Shown piece by piece: positions 59,601 to 62,600 of a DNA stretch of 64,000 bases (position 1 is its first letter; every line of letters starts with the position of its first letter). The DNA is taken from the NCBI GenBank assembly GCA_964016885.1, contig OZ024751.1, positions 1,922,001 through 1,986,000 of the forward strand, written 5' to 3'. This DNA is from Eledone cirrhosa (taxonomy: Eukaryota). The notes below the pieces were generated by a model, which saw only the letters and a list, made by a program, of their open reading frames with translations, ran no database searches and was not told where the DNA came from. The translations under genes were made by a program, and so were the position numbers.

Positions 59601-62600
59601 GTTTCTGTTGTTGGTGGTGTTGGTGTTACTGTTGTTGGTGTTGTTGGTGTTACTGTTGTTGGTGTTGGTGGTGTTACTGTTGTTGGTGTTGTTGGTGTTA
59701 CTGTTGTTGGTGTTGTTGGTGTTACTGTTGTTGGTGTTGTTGGTGTTACTGTTGTTGATGGTGTTGGTGTTACTGTTGTTGGTGTTGTTAGTGTTACTGT
59801 TGTTGGTGTTGTTGGTGTTACTGTTGTTGGTGTTGTTAGTGTTACTGTTGTTGGTGTTGTTGGTGTTACTGTTGTTGGTGTTGTTTGTGTTACTGTTGTT
59901 GGTGTTGTTGGTGTTACTGTTGTTGGTGTTGTTGGTGTTAGTGTTGTTGGTGTTGTTGGTGTTACTGTTGTTGATGTTATTAGTGTTAATGTTGTTGGTG
60001 TTGTTGGTGTTACTGTTGTTGGTGTTGTTAGTGTTACTGTTGTTGGTGTTGTTAGTGTTACTATTGTTGGTGTTGTTGGTGTTACTGTTGTTGGTGTTGT
60101 TAGTGTTACTGTTGTTGGTGTTGTTATTGTTACTGTTGTTGGTGTTGCTGGTGTTACTGTTGTTGGTGTTGTTGGTGTTACTGTTGTTGGTGTTGTTGGT
60201 GTTACTGTTGTTGGTGTTGTTGGTGTTACTGTTGTTGGTGTTGTTGGTGTTACTGTTGTTGATGGTGTTGGTGTTACTGTTGTTGGTGTTGTTAGTGTTA
60301 CTGTTGTTGGTGTTGTTGGTGTTACTGTTGTTGGTGTTGTTAGTGTTACTGTTGTTGGTGTTGTTGGTGTTACTGTTGTTGGTGTTGTTTGTGTTACTGT
60401 TGTTGGTGTTGTTGGTGTTACTGTTGTTGGTGTTGTTGGTGTTAGTGTTGTTGGTGTTGTTGGTGTTACTGTTGTTGATGTTATTAGTGTTAATGTTGTT
60501 GGTGTTGTTGGTGTTACTGTTGTTGGTGTTGTTAGTGTTACTGTTGTTGGTGTTGTTAGTGTTACTATTGTTGGTGTTGTTGGTGTTACTGTTGTTGGTG
60601 TTGTTAGTGTTACTGTTGTTGGTGTTGTTATTGTTACTGTTGTTGGTGTTGCTGGTGTTACTGTTGTTGGTGTTGTTGGTTTTACTGTTGTTGGTGTTGT
60701 TGGTGTTACTGTTGTTGGTGTTGTTGGTGTTACTGTTGTTGGTGTTGTTAGTGTTACTGTTGTTGGTGTTGTTAGTGTTACTGTTGTCGGTGTTGTTGGT
60801 TTTACTGTTGTTGGTGTTGTTGGTGTTACTGTTGTTGGTGTTGTTAGTGTTACTGTTGTTGGTGTTGTTAGTGTTACTGTTGTTGGTGTTGTTGGTGTTA
60901 CTGTTGTTGGTGTTGTTGGTGTTACTGTTGTTGGTGTTATTAGTGTTACTGTTGTTGGTGTTGTTTGTGTTACTGTTGTTGGTGTTGTTGGTGTTACTGT
61001 TGTTGGTGTTATTGGTGTTACTGTTGTTGGTGTTGTTTGTGTTACTGTTGTTGGTGTTGTTGGTGTTACTGTTGTTGGTGTTATTGGTGTTACTGTTGTT
61101 GGTGTTGTTGGTGTTACTGTTGTTGGCGTTGTTAGTGTTACTGTTGTTGGTGTTGTTAGTGTTACTGTTGTTGGTGTTGTTGGTGTTACTGTTGTTGGTT
61201 TTGTTGGTGTTACTGTTGTTGGTGTTGTTAGTGTTACCGTTGTTGGTTTTGTTGGTGTTACTGTTGTTGGTGTTACTGTTGTTGGTGTTGTTTTTGTTGG
61301 TGTTGGTGGTGTTGGTGTTACTGTTGTTGGTGTTGTTGGTGTTACGGCTGTTGGTGTTGTTGGTGTTACTGTTGTTGGTGTTGTTAGTGTTACTGTTGTT
61401 GGTGTTGTTGGTGTTACTGTTGTTGGTGTTGTTGGTGTTATTGCTGTTGGTGTTATTAGTGTTACTGTTGTTTGTGTTGTTTGTGTTACTGTTGTTGGTG
61501 TTGTTTGTGTTACTGTTGTTGGTGTTATTGGTGTTACTGTTGTTGGTGTTGTTGGTGTTACTGTTGTTGGTGTTGCTGGTGTTACTGTTGTTCGTGTTGT
61601 TAGTATTAATGTTGTTGGTGTCGTTGGTGTTACTGTTGTTGGTGTTGGTGGTGTTACTGTTGTTGGTGTTGTTGGTGTTACTGTTGTTGGTGTTGTTGGT
61701 GTTACTGTTGTTGGTGTTATTGGTGTTACTGTTGTTGGTGTTGTTGGTGTTACTGTTGTTGGTGTTGGTGGTGTTACTGTTGTTGGTGTTGTTTTTGTTA
61801 CTGTTGTTGGTGTTGTTTGTGTTACTGTTGTTGGTGTTGGTGATGTTACTGTTGTTGGTGTTGTTGGTGTTACTGTTGTTGGTGTTGTTGGTGTCACTGT
61901 TGTTGGTGTTGTTGGTGTTACTGGTGTTGGTGGTGTTGGTCTTACTGTTGTTGGTGTTGTTAGTGTTGTTAGTGTTACTGTTGTTGGTGTTGTTGGTGTT
62001 ACTGTTGTTGGTGTTGTTAGTGTTACTGTTGTTGGTGTTGTTTGTGTTACTGTTGTTGGTGTTGGTGGTGTTACTGTTGTTGGTATTACTGTTGTTGGTG
62101 TTGTTGGTGTTACTGTTGTTGGTGTTGTTGGTGTTTCTGTTGTTGGTGGTGTCGGTGTTACTGTTGTTGGTGTTGTTGGTGTTACTGTTGATGGTGTTGG
62201 TGGTGTTACTGTTGTTGGTGTTGTTGGTGTTACTGTTGTTGGTGTTGTTGGTGTTACTGTTGTTGGTGTTGTTGGTGTTACTGTTGTTGATGGTGTTGTT
62301 GTTACTGTTGTTGGTGTTGTTAGTGTTACTGTTGTTGGTGTTGTTGGTGTTACTGTTGTTGGTGTTGTTAGTGTTACTGTTGTTGGTGTTGTTGGTGTTA
62401 CTGTTGTTGGTGTTGTTTGTGTTACTGTTGTTGGTGTTGCTAGTATTACTGTTGTTGGTGTTGGTGGTGTTACTGTTGTTGGTGTTGTTGGTGTTACTGT
62501 TGTTGGTGTTGTTGGTGTTACTGTTGTTGGTGTTGTTAGTGTTACTGTTGTTGGTGTTGTTGGTGTCACTGTTGTTGGTGTTGTTGGTGTTACTGTTGTT